From positions 160,001 through 224,000 of the forward strand of contig CM000207.1 in assembly GCA_000002445.1 (NCBI GenBank): a stretch of DNA of 64,000 nt, written 5' to 3'. A program made the translations under genes and the position numbers. The first letter of the stretch is position 1, and every line of letters begins with the position of its first letter. The DNA comes from Trypanosoma brucei (taxonomy: Eukaryota). The notes below the pieces were generated by a model, which worked only from the letters and a program-made list of their open reading frames with translations, did not search any database and was not told the origin of the DNA. Of the stretch, positions 13,801-26,828 are shown piece after piece.

Positions 13801-14734
13801 TCTCCCACGCCACTACCGGCTTAAAAGGACGCGACGCTACCAACTCGAGAGCAGCGAAGACCTCCAACAGCATTCAAAAGACGGACAGCCTTCGGTGCGG
13901 CAGTACGAAGCAACATGGAAGGCTCCGCGCACTGTGAGTTCCGTGTTGCACGATCTTTCGGGGGAAAGGGAGTGGAACGGCTAAGTTTTCGGAAGCAGTG
14001 TGCTACGAAGCCTCGTCAGCATTTTTTTTTTTTTTGAAGAAGGAATCGATAAAGGAAGCGGACGAACCCAAGGGTGCCACTACACTTGCCGTTCGTGACG
14101 AGGATGTCCAAAAGGCTGCTGAAAACAAAGGCATCGCACTGCCTGCAAAAACAGAGGGCTGATCGCGACTGAAAATAGACACCGATGAAAACTTTGTAAA
14201 AAGGACGAGCGGTAGGGATTTCTTGAGATAGTTCGGCGAATGTAAACAGAGAAACCTAGGGTGCCGCTTGCTTTCTCTAGAGAAAAAAAAAAAACTTCCC
14301 TTCGAAGTTAGTTGCCGCACCGCGTCTATCGCCACCCTCGACTCGGGCTGCGCATGGGCGGACTCATGTCGAAGCACCTGCGGATTCGACACTTAAGGGA
14401 TATGTAGAGAAAGGGATCCAAAACACACGGACGGGCCAGGCAGTGAACATTCCAGGAGCCGACGGCTGACCATTTTAACCGTTTGCACACCCTGAGTTAG
14501 CAGAAGTGGTTTGGGGAGCTTCCCGCCAACTGATGGGGGTGAGGCTTGGTTGTGAAAGCGGAAGGAGCTAAGCAAGATTGCTATGCGAAAGCTGACTTAT
14601 CTTCGTAATCGATGAACTTCGTCTAGAGAAGACTGCTGAAAAATGCTTTCACTGAAGGAAAACTGCTTTTTCATTCCCTAGAGAAATCGACTAATAATGT
14701 CGAGTTGTATTAACTTGTCGCTGTGTCCGTTGGA

Positions 14735-15069
14735 ACGTAGGAGCTCATGGCAAGAGATGTTGCCAGAAGGAAAGAACGCGGGCTGTGGCGACCCCGTGCG
14801 CAACAGTCATATTCCATCGCGTGGAAGTTTGCCGTTGGCTCTATTTTTGAGAAGGTGATACTGCTGATGGCACGCTGGCACGTGCCCAGGGACCGACAAA
14901 TGAAAAACGGTGTCCCAGCAAGACGCCGTTGATCCCTGTGCTGTATGATGCCGTGGCCGGAGCAAAGCAGTGTTCCCCATGAGAGGAACGCTGCTGGCTC
15001 TTGGCTTCTCCCGATGAGACGGGGTACTGGACCCTGGCACCACGTTGAGGTGGCCGGCGCAACCAGGGT
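14735..15069 (-). mobile_element. RIME/ingi 5'-terminal fragment (about 335 bp)
   Basis: The reverse complement reads CCCTGGTTGCGCCGGCCACCTCAACGTGGTGCCAGGGTCCAGTACCCCGTCTCATCG... This is nearly identical to the 5' end of the full ingi at 43525. The translated minus-strand ORF (ATSTWCQGPVPRLIGRSQEPAAFLSWGTLLCSG...) matches the ingi ORF start (PATSTWFQGPVPRIIGGSQEPAAFLSWGTLLCSG) and diverges after about 250 bp. Confidence 0.75.
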
Positions 15070-16590
15070 ATTGATAAGGAGATGACTTTCTCCAAAATGA
15101 GAAAAGTAACTGTCCATGCCAGAGTGGCGTTGCCGGATTGTATGTCAGTACATTATTCTTGAGGGTGAAGGAGGGGGGCGTGAACGTATCATCTTCTGCT
15201 CAGGGCGTTTAGCGTGGATCCACGTCTAACACAACGAATATGTGGCTTCTTGTTGGAGGGGGAAAGTTGATCGAACGGGGATCTTAACGTAACTAACACT
15301 GCGAAGCTAACAGGCGTGACGTTCTAAGGACCATTGTAGGTCCTCGTTTCCATTCGTGATTGCAGGAAATGTATGGGAGAAGGGTCTGGATAGCAATCCC
15401 GGCCGTGAGAACCTGCGTTGTCTTACTTGTTTTTTTTTACAAAATTTTCCGTTCTCATTGAGATGTGCCCCACAATATGAAAGCTATCTGATAGAGAACC
15501 AAAGGGACTGGACAGTGGAAAGAAGTGGATCCAATAAGTTTTGAAGCCTAATATTCTGATAATGATGTGGAATACATACTATACCGACTGCTTTGCAACA
15601 ATGATATTGTCACATCACAGAACTGCAGGACATATTACAAATGCGTTCCTTGACAAAAGAAAAAACGTTTGAAGTGAACCGACAAGTGCTCCATCCCCTT
15701 ACGACGCAAGCAAAAACCGAAACATCAATAGGTGAGAGCCGTTGTCCACTGAAAATAACGAACGCGAGGATGCTAGCAAAGCAAACGTTGCTGTGTATAT
15801 GGTGGTTGGAACTGTTCCTCAGAAAAAGTGTATCTATGCGGTAGCTGCAACACCAAAACCCAAGGTTTGAGCACCGGTGAAGAGACAGAAACGTAAGAGA
15901 GCACTGCGGCGGGAAACCGTTCGGTCATTAGCGAGAGAAAGTTATCCAATGAGGGTGGGCTGTCAACGAAGATTGCGTCGATGTACGTGCAGATTAAACA
16001 GTCCACCGAAAGGGGAAAATGTAACGGCGATTGATTTTGTGGACAGAGACAACGTTTGAGACCGTTGAGTAGTACGCCTCGGTTACACGCTTTTTATCTT
16101 ACTTCAATTTCATATTAAAATGAAAATGAGAAGACTTTGAACCGTGTCTTATTTGTATTATTCTGAGCGGTGGTGGTTCAATAGCCTCCGCCTTTCCCCG
16201 TTCCCAGCTCATTCGAAACATTTTTCTGGAAAAAAAATCCCGGAATGCTGTAACACAGTGAAGCAAATGATACTTAAAATATTGTTATGATTGTATGTGT
16301 GTGATTACTGGGAGATGCTCTTATGCTTTCTTTGATATTACAACTTAAGTGATATGCGTGACTCGCATGGTGTAAGTCTGTGCTTCTCCACGTATTGAGC
16401 AGATTTCGGAGAATCTGTATATCGCCACCGATGGGCTTAAAATTCCTAAGCGTTTTGTGGAGGTGATGACAGGCGTGCATATCAAAATTTGTTTTTGCGA
16501 AACTCTTCTTTATGCCCTTGGTAATTTATTATGATACTTCTTGTAAGGTTCCGTATACACTTGAGTAGTGGCAGCTTGTGAAGTAAAACA

Positions 16591-17406
16591 ATGCTTAAAA
16601 TTGCAGCAGTCATTTTGTTGACGCTGAGGACGTGTACGCCCAGTGTCGTCTTCACACGACAACCAGACGTGCAGGTCACATATGGAGACGAAGGGCCGAG
16701 AGAGTACTTCGCTCCCACAGCAGAACAGTTGGCACGGGGAAAGATAACTCCAAAACACAAAACTCAGCCGATGGTGGGACCTTTGACCCATGGTAGTATA
16801 CCCGATGAAAGGAGCGAAGGAGGTGAAAGTGAGAAAAAAAGTAGTGAAAAAGTCAGCCCTAAGGCAAGCGATGTTGAGAACGAGGATGGTACAGTGGTTG
16901 AAGTATTACACCAACCAGAGGCGAGTGGGGCACCTGTTGTTGCAGGTGAGGAAAGCACATATATAGCAGCACAAAAGTCAAAAAGAACAAAAAAACAATA
17001 GGGCGAGGACGATGAGGGTAAAGGAGGGAAGAACAAAGAAGATATTTCAGGAATGCAAGCAAAAAATCGTAACTACAGCCATGATGCACATCCTGCACCA
17101 CGAGGTGCAGTCTCGGTGGTTGACCAAGGAAGCACACAAGGGGCGAAAACCGTGAGCAAACGATCAGTCGATGAGGGAGGAAAGGAGATTTCGCAGCAGC
17201 AAGTGTCGGGGCAGTATGAAAGCTACGTAGCGTTGCCACTGCGAAATGGAATGTCCGAACATGAAGTGAGTAGACCTTCAGAAGTGGCCTTGGACGATGT
17301 GGGTGAACCCTCGTCCTTAAGTGAAAGTGTACCGAGGAGAAACGGTGCGAGTCGCAAAAGGTGTGCGATATTACTCTCCACAGGATTAAGTGTGGTGTTC
17401 TCCTGA
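16591..17406 (+). pseudogene. hypothetical secreted or surface acidic Ser/Glu-rich protein, split by a stop into two ORFs (16591-17001, 17053-17406)
   Basis: The first ORF starts with a signal-peptide-like MLKIAAVILLTLRTCTPSVVF. The second ends with the hydrophobic AILLSTGLSVVFS. The two are co-linear and separated by about 50 bp. Composition is low-complexity and acidic. Confidence 0.25.
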
Positions 17407-20400
17407 AAATCATTGCCTTGCGCTGATACATAGGCATACAACCATTGAATAAAGTGAAAGTTTGTCAAGGTGGAACTAAGGGTAAGAATAGGTGACTAAG
17501 TTGCTACTTTTTCCACCAAAGGGCATGTGTGTGTAGCTTTGTGCTGGCACATGATAAAAGGATCGAATAACTCCAATATAATTATAAATAGGTTACAGAA
17601 GTGGAGCGAGTGACTGGAAGAGGGGGAAAGTAAATTAATGTCCTTCATCGTATAAGCAAAAGGTTACCAGTATTTGAAGTGGCACAAATGCGAACCATAA
17701 AACAGTGAGTGTTCGTAAGAAAATTGGCCATGAGAAAAGTGAACTTAACCTCAATGCTACTGAGGAAATAGTGGGTGATTTATTTTTTAAGATATGTAAC
17801 GGGAACTGGTTGTCACCCAGAGGGAAACGCACCATGAAGAAAATGGGTAAGGTCTCGAGGAAAGGTGTAGCGGCATCACCAACTTAAAATGTGATGGCAG
17901 CACAAATTTCCTCGACGACCAGATTTGAAATCGTATATGTGAATATTTAAGTATTTTTTAAACAGTGCTTGTTACGAGTAACAAATAAAGACATGAATGA
18001 TTTAATCGAGCAACTAATGTGTGGGCGAATTGCAAAGGGTACAGTTATATAAAGATCCTTCTTTGAATAAGAAAATATTGCGAAGTCAGGCAATCCTTAA
18101 AAATAGATGAGGAACTGTTAAAGCGATGCTTTACGGCATACGATTAGTTATCTAAGGTAACCTACCAAAACGGGTACCCCTAGTGCGTGTACCTGCTGTG
18201 GTTGTTTTTTAAAGCTTGTCATTGCGGTCTATTTATCTACACGAAGAGTGCATACTTGCTGCAATCGGTACTAGAAGTAATTACTTTTTCAGCGCAAAAA
18301 CAATGAAAAACAATAGTAATGCTACTGCAAAATGGGAGATTTTGGTAAATTTTGCACGAGCACTCGTTTGTTATCTCCATGTTAGTTGTGTGTTCGTGTA
18401 TTTAAGCGAGGCTCGGCTGTAATAGGAACCAAGACTTGGATTTTGTTTTCTTTCTTGTAACTTTGAATCTTTTACTTTGAAGGTTGTACATTTTTTAAAT
18501 GTCGTTGCGTTAATAGGAAGTTAAAGTATTTCGCTTACTCCAGTGGGAAATATCCGGCAGCTACACGGTTTAGATTGTGGTTTTTGGGGATGCTGAGACA
18601 TAGACTGGAGTATAGTGAATGCTAAGCTGCCACATGGCCGCGTTTATTACCGTTCAATTTTTAGTCGTGTGTGGCGTTCGTCCGTTCCTCAAATTTGATA
18701 AGGGATACGCGTTGTTCTTCGGGCACGTGATTTCCAGCAACACGCAGATAAGGAAATAGTGAAACAGGCTGACTTTAGGTGGTGATTTTTTTTTCCATGA
18801 AAAAGAAGATTGACTTTCGTCAGTGAAGTTGTTATTAGACGCTATTGTTTTCCACCGAAAAAAAAAAGAACGGAGATATTTCTGCAGACTCCAAAGCGAT
18901 GCGTACATGGGATTGCTATGATGACAGTAGTTGGCCGATGGCGGATGTATTGCGCATTACACTGTAAAGCAATGCCTGTTTTTTCCGCTTCAACACAGTT
19001 CTTCCGGAGGATATCATAGGTGGTTGGTTTTCCATTTCTCCATGAGTTACAGGTTGCTGCCATCACTTTGAAACTCCCAGATTCACGAGGGAAATGTCAT
19101 TTTTGTATTGCACTTACATTCAAAGCCAATTGGGCAACGCTTTGAAGACAGTCAAGTGGCTTGTGGGAATATTTTCGCGTTGATGGTTCTTTAACGTATA
19201 GTGATTACGTTCCTAACGGTGATGGAATGAAAGCAAGATATGAATGTGTGTTCAATAATAATAATTATTATTATTATTAAATGCCAAGTTCTCTTACTTT
19301 CTGTATCAAACAGTGAGTCTGTTTTCTAATATCATTTTTTCAAATGCGTATCGAGGTTTAGGAGGCACAATGTTGCTTAAAACTCAACTCTCACGAAAAT
19401 GACACAAATTAAGGGAAGCTTCTATCGCAGCCACCATTTCCATGTGTGCAACAGTAATTGAGTCATCGTAACAATTTTTTTTTGCGCGTGTGAAGTGTGA
19501 AATCCTCATGAGAACTCAAAATTTACCACAATAATACTCATTATGCAAGGTGCTTTGAGTGGGGAAGGCGGCGCAGACTCAAATATCCAAAACAATTTAT
19601 TTTCCCATATGGCGGAGCGAACGGAAACTGTAGTGAAACATACACTGCAAAGCGAGAAAAGTATATCTCCGGGTGCCGACACTCTCCAACGATGTGAACA
19701 CAACCCCCTTATTTACGAACAGGAGGCTTCAGTTTGTTTATTTGTTTGTTTGTTTTTGAATCCATTCCTCACATCAGCGTCCAACATTAAATACAGGGAA
19801 TTCAGAACCTTTATCACGACCATTATTGTTGTGTCTTGTGAGATGATACATATTTTATGATAGGAACTTACTGGGCACCAGCAGTCAACAAAAGAAATAC
19901 GAAAGAACACAACAGTGATAAACATATATTACCTTGAAGCTACATGTGTACGTTTGCACGGAATTAGCTCAGTGGTATTTTCGAACTCAGAGAATGACAC
20001 GTGCGCTACAGCCAGATGAAATGAATAAAATACCAAATCTCGTGGATCAATTAATGTATTTGAAAACAATCTCATGCCGTGCATTCCTTGGAGGTATGAA
20101 AATAGATTCAATAACGCTAAGGTGTGACAGTGTTGAGGCATCTGTTAATCAACATGCGTTGAAAGTGGGGGAAATGTCAGTGAATACCTGAGGCAGCGCC
20201 AAAACTATTTTTTTTGTTTAATGGCCACAAAATGCTGCAGTGAAGCACTGTGGAAATATTTTCATTGGATAGAAAAATGTGTGAGGAAAGTTTATTAAAT
20301 TTGTTTGAGATTTATAACTGTTCTACCTGAGTAACTGTGTGCGTGCTTTAGTACAGGAATCCCTTTGCGATAAAGCTTCTATCCCCTTTAAAAGGAAACG

Positions 20401-23400
20401 GTAAGAAGTTACATTAGTTAAAAAAGTAAAACAAATATTTTAATCAAGAACAATACTCAATATTTTGCTTCAGGACAAAAAAACACTTATTCTGGGAGAA
20501 AAGCGTCTGAGGGGACGTGAAGCAAGAGTTGATAATGTTTTCAGTTTATATGGCTCTGTATGCAATGCAAAGTGAAGTCACATTATAATGGACAACGAAG
20601 CTCAACTGCTCGGGGTGGAGTTTGTTGATGGAACGCGTAGTGGCAATATAATGTGGAAGGATGAAGAACTTAATCTTGTCCCTGAAATTGAGGAAGCTGT
20701 TGAGAAGAAACCAGAGCGCATGGAAGAAGTTGAAGCATTGGTTCTAACATCTCAAATGGGGTGATAATAAGCTAAGTTTACCAACGGAAGTAACAAAAAC
20801 ATATCCGTAGAGAAGAGCTCCGCGTATGGAATGTTGTAAGGAGTGGAATTGAGTTATGGCGTACACAGCGTGCTTTACAGAGATGTCTTTATTTTCCACG
20901 AGCATACGCTGCCATTGTTGACCCTGGGATTGGCAAATCTCAGAATTTTGGTTTTTTCATCCTCTACAAGTTATTGCATTGCGATGCGGAAGATTTGCCT
21001 ATTGTTGCGTATTTCTGCGGTGTAGCCGCATATGTATTTGAAACCAACTGACGGACCCTTCGGCATGATCAAGGGAGATAGAAGGTACGCAGCTTTAATG
21101 CTGGACGGAAGCTTCCCAAGCATTAGTCATTTTTTCTGCTACGCGTTTAATGAAAGTGTGAATTTATCTGAGTTGTCTGTGAACTGGGGAAGCGCTCTGA
21201 CCAGTTCGTTTAATGAGCAAACTCCCATGGCAGAGCGTTGAACACACCTCATTGCGATGTCTGAATCCGGTGCATCTTCGAGAGGGAGGAGATTAAATGT
21301 TCGCGCGCATCCCGTCTTAAGGATTGCGGCAGTCGGACAGTAACAGACTGCCAGGGGGAGAAGGAAAAGCGGCGAAACCGTCGGTTTTCGGGATGGTGGA
21401 AAGCATCGGTGTGATCCTCTACGTGTGCAAACATGATTCTTTCGGTATCTTTAGAGTGCTCTCAATGTTGAGATCGTTGGTGTTAAGCAGAATACAGGTC
21501 TGATCTCAGGTGAGTCGCAGCGGAATTCCGGGGAACTCTCCCGGCCGAAAAGGATTACCTAAGCAAGTAACTGCGCGAGAAAAGGGTAAATGCTACATTT
21601 TGCATAAAACGTTATCATTAGAGGCGGAGGTGGAATCCACAGTAATGACTGGATGTCCGAAGATTGATATGGCACGGCCCCTTAAGGGTCCATAAGCGTG
21701 GAGATTAGAAAAGGGTGGGATCGGTGTGTCGAAGGTTCGCAGAAAAAAAACGAGCGAGTACGAAATACGATCGGTTGATTTAATTGTCGCACTGGAGATG
21801 CTAATTGCATCTGTATCGACGTTTTTACACAAACGAAAACAATAACAAAGAGAGAATCGGTCATACGCTAACCGACGTAACGTTTCAAAACAGCCGGGCA
21901 CGGGATCCAACTACAAAATCTATCAACGGAAGATGATGCGCTGTGCAATGGCCCTCGCAGTACATGATGGAAATAACCGGTACGAGGAATGACGCGAGAA
22001 CGTCCCATGTGTAACTGGTTTTCACCTCACGTTATGGTCGTCTACAGGTTATGTGGAATAGATGAAAATAATAGGGAATTGTGAAAAAAAGAGTTTTAAG
22101 AGAGTTTTTCGCCGTAATCGTCATCATTCTTCGGAAAGTCAGTATATGGGTTGTTATTATGGCGGCGCGAACTAGACCAGTCCGACGACGGCCACTGCAT
22201 TTTCTCCCGGCGACTACTGATATTTTCTCCGCCTTGTCCCTTTCCAAACACTTTTAACTCCTGAAGGTTTCGACATCTTTTCACTTCTTCAGCTGTGCTC
22301 GCGCCTTCCTTCTGTTCCCGATGTCAACGACTCCTGTCCTTTTTACCTTTGCAGAATTCGCACGCTCTCAAGAATTTCCTGACATTTTGCACCTCTTCCC
22401 ATTTCCCTCACCCGCGTCGTGATCACCCCAATACCTGCGCTACGATAGCGTGACGGTTTTTACCATGCGCCTCGTCACCGAATCTAGCGCCGGTGTTTCC
22501 CGCGCCTGTGAACTTTCGCCCATGGTGTCCACACCAAGTCGTTTCTCAACGATCCTTATTTCGCTGCATTTACAAGTTGCCGTTGGCTCTCTTTCCCACT
22601 CGACGTCATTACAACAATGGTTGAGTTCGGCTTTGGCATATAGCTTGTGTACAGCATCTCTTTTTTTGCTTATTTCTTCCGTGTGTCGAGAGAATGCTAG
22701 CGTCGGCATTGACGTTCCTGAACTCAGCAAGCTCCTGCGATCACTCACTTTCGTGAGTTCCATCAGCCGTAACTGTTGTGCTCTCGAGTTTGGCATCGTG
22801 CTTTCGCTCGCTTAGCGTCTAGTTAAATGCCACTGCCATGGGCGTCTCCTGAGCAACAATGCGTTTCTTCATACAAGCAACATTAGACTTACATTGTTGT
22901 GTCGTATGTGACGGAGGAAGACGCAGCTACGGTTTCAGGGTGGTGAGCTCCGTCCGTTTGTTTTTATCATCGGTGACAAATTCGATTACGCAGTTGTTTT
23001 ACCCTTCTGTAACTTTCCCTTCCCCAGTTTCAACTGTACAGGTTTTCCTGAAAGCCACTCCCATCTGGCAAGTTGGTTTGTTTTTTCCTCCCTTTACCAC
23101 TTCCAACAAAGAGAACGCCGTCCGCGACACAACTACACCTCCTTTCCCCTTTCCTTCCCCACCAAAGAACATCGTTGAAAGTTCAATACTTTCAATGCAA
23201 CTTTAGCGTAAGAAGTTTTTTAGCGGTGATGGCTAAGAATAGTCTAGTCTCACTTCCCTATAACATAACAATAGAAAAAATATAACATAATTATAAAGAG
23301 TGTTTTCGTACAAATTAGTTTTACTGAAATATAAGTCACATCGTAAACGAAATTTATTGATACTTATCTAACCGCCTCTATTACTTACAAAGCGGAAGTG

Positions 23401-26000
23401 TCTGAAAACGTCTTTAACCCGCCTCCCGCGCTCCCCTTTGCTTGCTCTTTGGACACCCATGGGGTTATCCTTCTGAGGTCACGTGAAACTCCATGAAGAA
23501 TTAATCTTTCCATTTCGCAGCACTCTCCGTCTATGGCTAAAGCCTCATGAATCATGGCATTGGTATGTGTGTTGCAATTCCCGCCATATTTTTTAAAACA
23601 ATAATATGCACCATAGTTGTGTTGACTACTCATACATGTACGAGACTCTTCAATCTCTTTCATAAGGCAAATATTCAAAAGTGGACCGCAGTTTCACAAG
23701 TAGCACTTGCAGTTAAGAACTTCTCTTCCGAATTGATAAATAATAAAACCACTCCCATCATCTTTGCATGGAAGCGTCCGTTACCATCATGGCCACAGTT
23801 TCTACAACTCGCTACGTGCTCACTGGTTTTTTCTCTACAAAAATGCACATCCATTGTTGTGTCAGCTGTAGCGCATATGTGTGTGTGTGTGTCTGTGTGT
23901 GGTGAAATGGTTAAATCATTGGGTCGCATCGGGACCATATTGCATCATGACAAATATCATGCTACCATTTAAAAAATAAGTAGCAGTAGTAGCAAGGAGA
24001 AAGCTATTGTTTTTTCTCACTCCTTCTGCCACGTACATCATGCATAATACAACAGTTTTCATTTATTCTATAGTAGATTTTTTCACATAGCAAGGGATAC
24101 TCGGAATTGTTGTGTCACTTTCGTTGTCCTAGCCATACTGTCTGCTTTTTATGGTTAAACTAAAACTCCAATGAAATCACATTGTTGTGTCATCTTTTGT
24201 GAGTCAACAATGATAGTATGCCCCACATTTCTTCATGTTCGTAAATATTTTGTTTCCACGACATTTAACCACGTCATGTGCCTCATACTGATACATATGT
24301 TGCATATCCATGTTTGAGTCCTCAATATTTCAGGGTTCGCCTGCTGCAGCCTCACGACATCGGCGTCTTCTGAAAAGACCCTTGTAATGGTGTGTAAAAT
24401 TCCAGGAGTCCATTTTATTAACTGATGGGGAGTCGATTAAATTCACTAATTCCTCATTTTAGTTAAGGTATCGGAACCCCACCCGAATATTCTCAGGTAA
24501 CTTCACTTGGGAGAGGAACGACTTTAGATCAAACATTGCTACAGACTGGTCATGGAGAGTATTTAAATACTGGGAAAAGTGACACAATGGGACATATGCC
24601 TCATAATCATCCCTGCTCTTTTTAGCCTTTGGTCATGCAATAAATCAACGCCTTCTTCCAATTCCGTGTTTCCTCCATCACAAATAATGGCACACAACCC
24701 ATCCTGTCGTATGTCTCTTTGAAACTGTGCTAATGATACGCGGCTGCTTCATTATTTGGGCATACTTTTCTGCAATGTGCAATTTCAGACTCCTTGTTTT
24801 ATACTCTCTCTTTCCACATCATCTGTGCTATTCTTAATGCTCCAAACCTCATCAAATCGCTTACTCCCTTCTTGCATCATCCTCTGTCAAATCCACTGAA
24901 GGGAAATCATTCCCACATTCATTTCCTATTGGAGAGGTGAAGTCTTTTTTTTTTCCTCATCCCGTGATGTCACCTTCATTTCCCCTTGTGAGTGTCAAGG
25001 AATGTTGTGCCCTTAATAATTTGGGAAAGTATTCCCTGTTATAAGTCCCGTCTTCCCTCACACTGAGGCTGCACATTCCTTCCAATTGTATCTTACATCA
25101 AAGACATTAAAAGAACCGACTTGCTGACGACAACTATCAATCATCTGAGATACCACACTGTGCTTTGTGGGAGTTCTGTTTTGTAGATGTGCTTTCCCAA
25201 TTGTATTAATAATATGTTGTCAATGTTGTGTTCCATTGCAACTACTGCCGCTGCGCGTGTCAGCAGTGCTCTTCTCTTTATGGGATGTTCTATCATTACG
25301 TATGGTCGTTTCAGTATGGTATCACTTTTCCCCTTTGTGGTAATCGTTATGAACTTCTTCCCCTTTCCTCCCGAGGTTCCTCCCTATGACTTTTCTCACA
25401 CTGGCAATATCCTTTTTCCAGTTGATAATTACGCATCGTGTGAGTCTGTCGGTATCGCTTTTGAATTTCTTTGGAAGGTTCCCTCCCAAAAAAATCCACT
25501 ATTGAGGCTTGCTTGCCATGTGAGTGTGGTATAACATTTTCCTTTTTTGGGAGTTGCGTAATTTCTTTTCCTCCAATGCTGGCTAATTCAGTCCATTGAT
25601 ATTGCAACTGGATACCACTCTGGACGGAACTTTCTGCAAGATATTATCGAATCCCCATTACAACATGTGTTGTGTTTGTTTGATGGGTTCACCTGTTACC
25701 GTATTGTAAAGACGGACCCCAAAAACAACATCCGCGTCGGTGTGTCCAATAGAAATGATGGAAGAGCTCTCCTGTACTGAAATGGCAATGCTCTTTGCGA
25801 GTCGTAAACTTACAACAACAAATAGAAGTGCAGTTGCATCCTATGCTGGCATGCGGTAATGATTTTCCGCCAATGCATAAAAACACCGCATGATGAATTC
25901 CTATTGCTCACATGTTTTAGTCCTCAGCCACATTCACTTTGCTATTCTGTTGGCTCCTGAAACCAATACCATGATGTACGGACAGCTTTTTGTGGGAACT

Positions 26001-26002
26001 GC

Positions 26003-26054
<52 letters not shown>

Positions 26055-26090
26055 GGAGAGTGCTGCAAGTGTGTATATACGTAGCTTAAA
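26001..26090 (+). repeat. 70-bp repeat (VSG-associated), (TAA)17 tract plus GGAGAGTGCTGCAAGTGTGTATATACG core
   Basis: Direct read. It matches the 70-bp repeat core seen upstream of every VSG in this window. Confidence 0.8.
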
Positions 26091-26828
26091 TCAAGTGTAC
26101 TGGTCGCCATGCTATGCAAACTCAAAGGTAAACAATTTCAAGTGTACAAAACGCAATGAACAGCAAATAACAGGCGGATAGCGCGTATTGCACGGACAGA
26201 AGTGAGGCCATACAAAGAGAGATAGCTATGGAATATGTGTGGGGTGAAGCGGAGCCATGCAACTCAGGGTCCTTATACGTGCGGTTGATGGGCCGCAAGG
26301 ACACAACCACAGGAAGATTCTAGTGCTCAGCCCAAATGGAGCTACCACATTACCCACAACAATAGTAAATTTAGTTAAAAATCCATGCCGATGGAAAATT
26401 TTGAAAATGAATAGTTGGCGTATTTACAGCACGAAGAGAGTAATATTCTTAGTAAACGTGAGGAAAAGTAGCGTATCTGGTTACTTGAATTTTCATAACA
26501 ATGTAAGTAAGGGTTTATGTAGCGTGTAGTAGAAGTTGTACATGAATATAAATTAAAAGTATAAACTGTAGATCCGTGATGATTTATGGTCTTCAAACAC
26601 TTGGAATGCACCGTTTAATAGCTAAATCAAAAACATATGAGAAAAAAGCATATATATATTGTTAAGTATTACTTCATAACTAATCATATTTTCAGCACAA
26701 TTTCCTTCTTTTCTTTTTAATGGTTTCTATGATTCTTTAAGGAATTTCAAGTGCTTTATTGCTATTATGATAACATCTTATGAAGCATATAGAAAGTATT
26801 TATGCGACTACATGTTGTTTAGCTTTCA

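Noticed and set aside
25990-26090. Regularly spaced TAATAA-containing repeats across the array resembling a spacer-repeat array
   Set aside because: The repeats are about 3-4 kb apart and flank VSG genes. They are trypanosome 70-bp repeats, not CRISPR repeats, and the sequence is eukaryotic.
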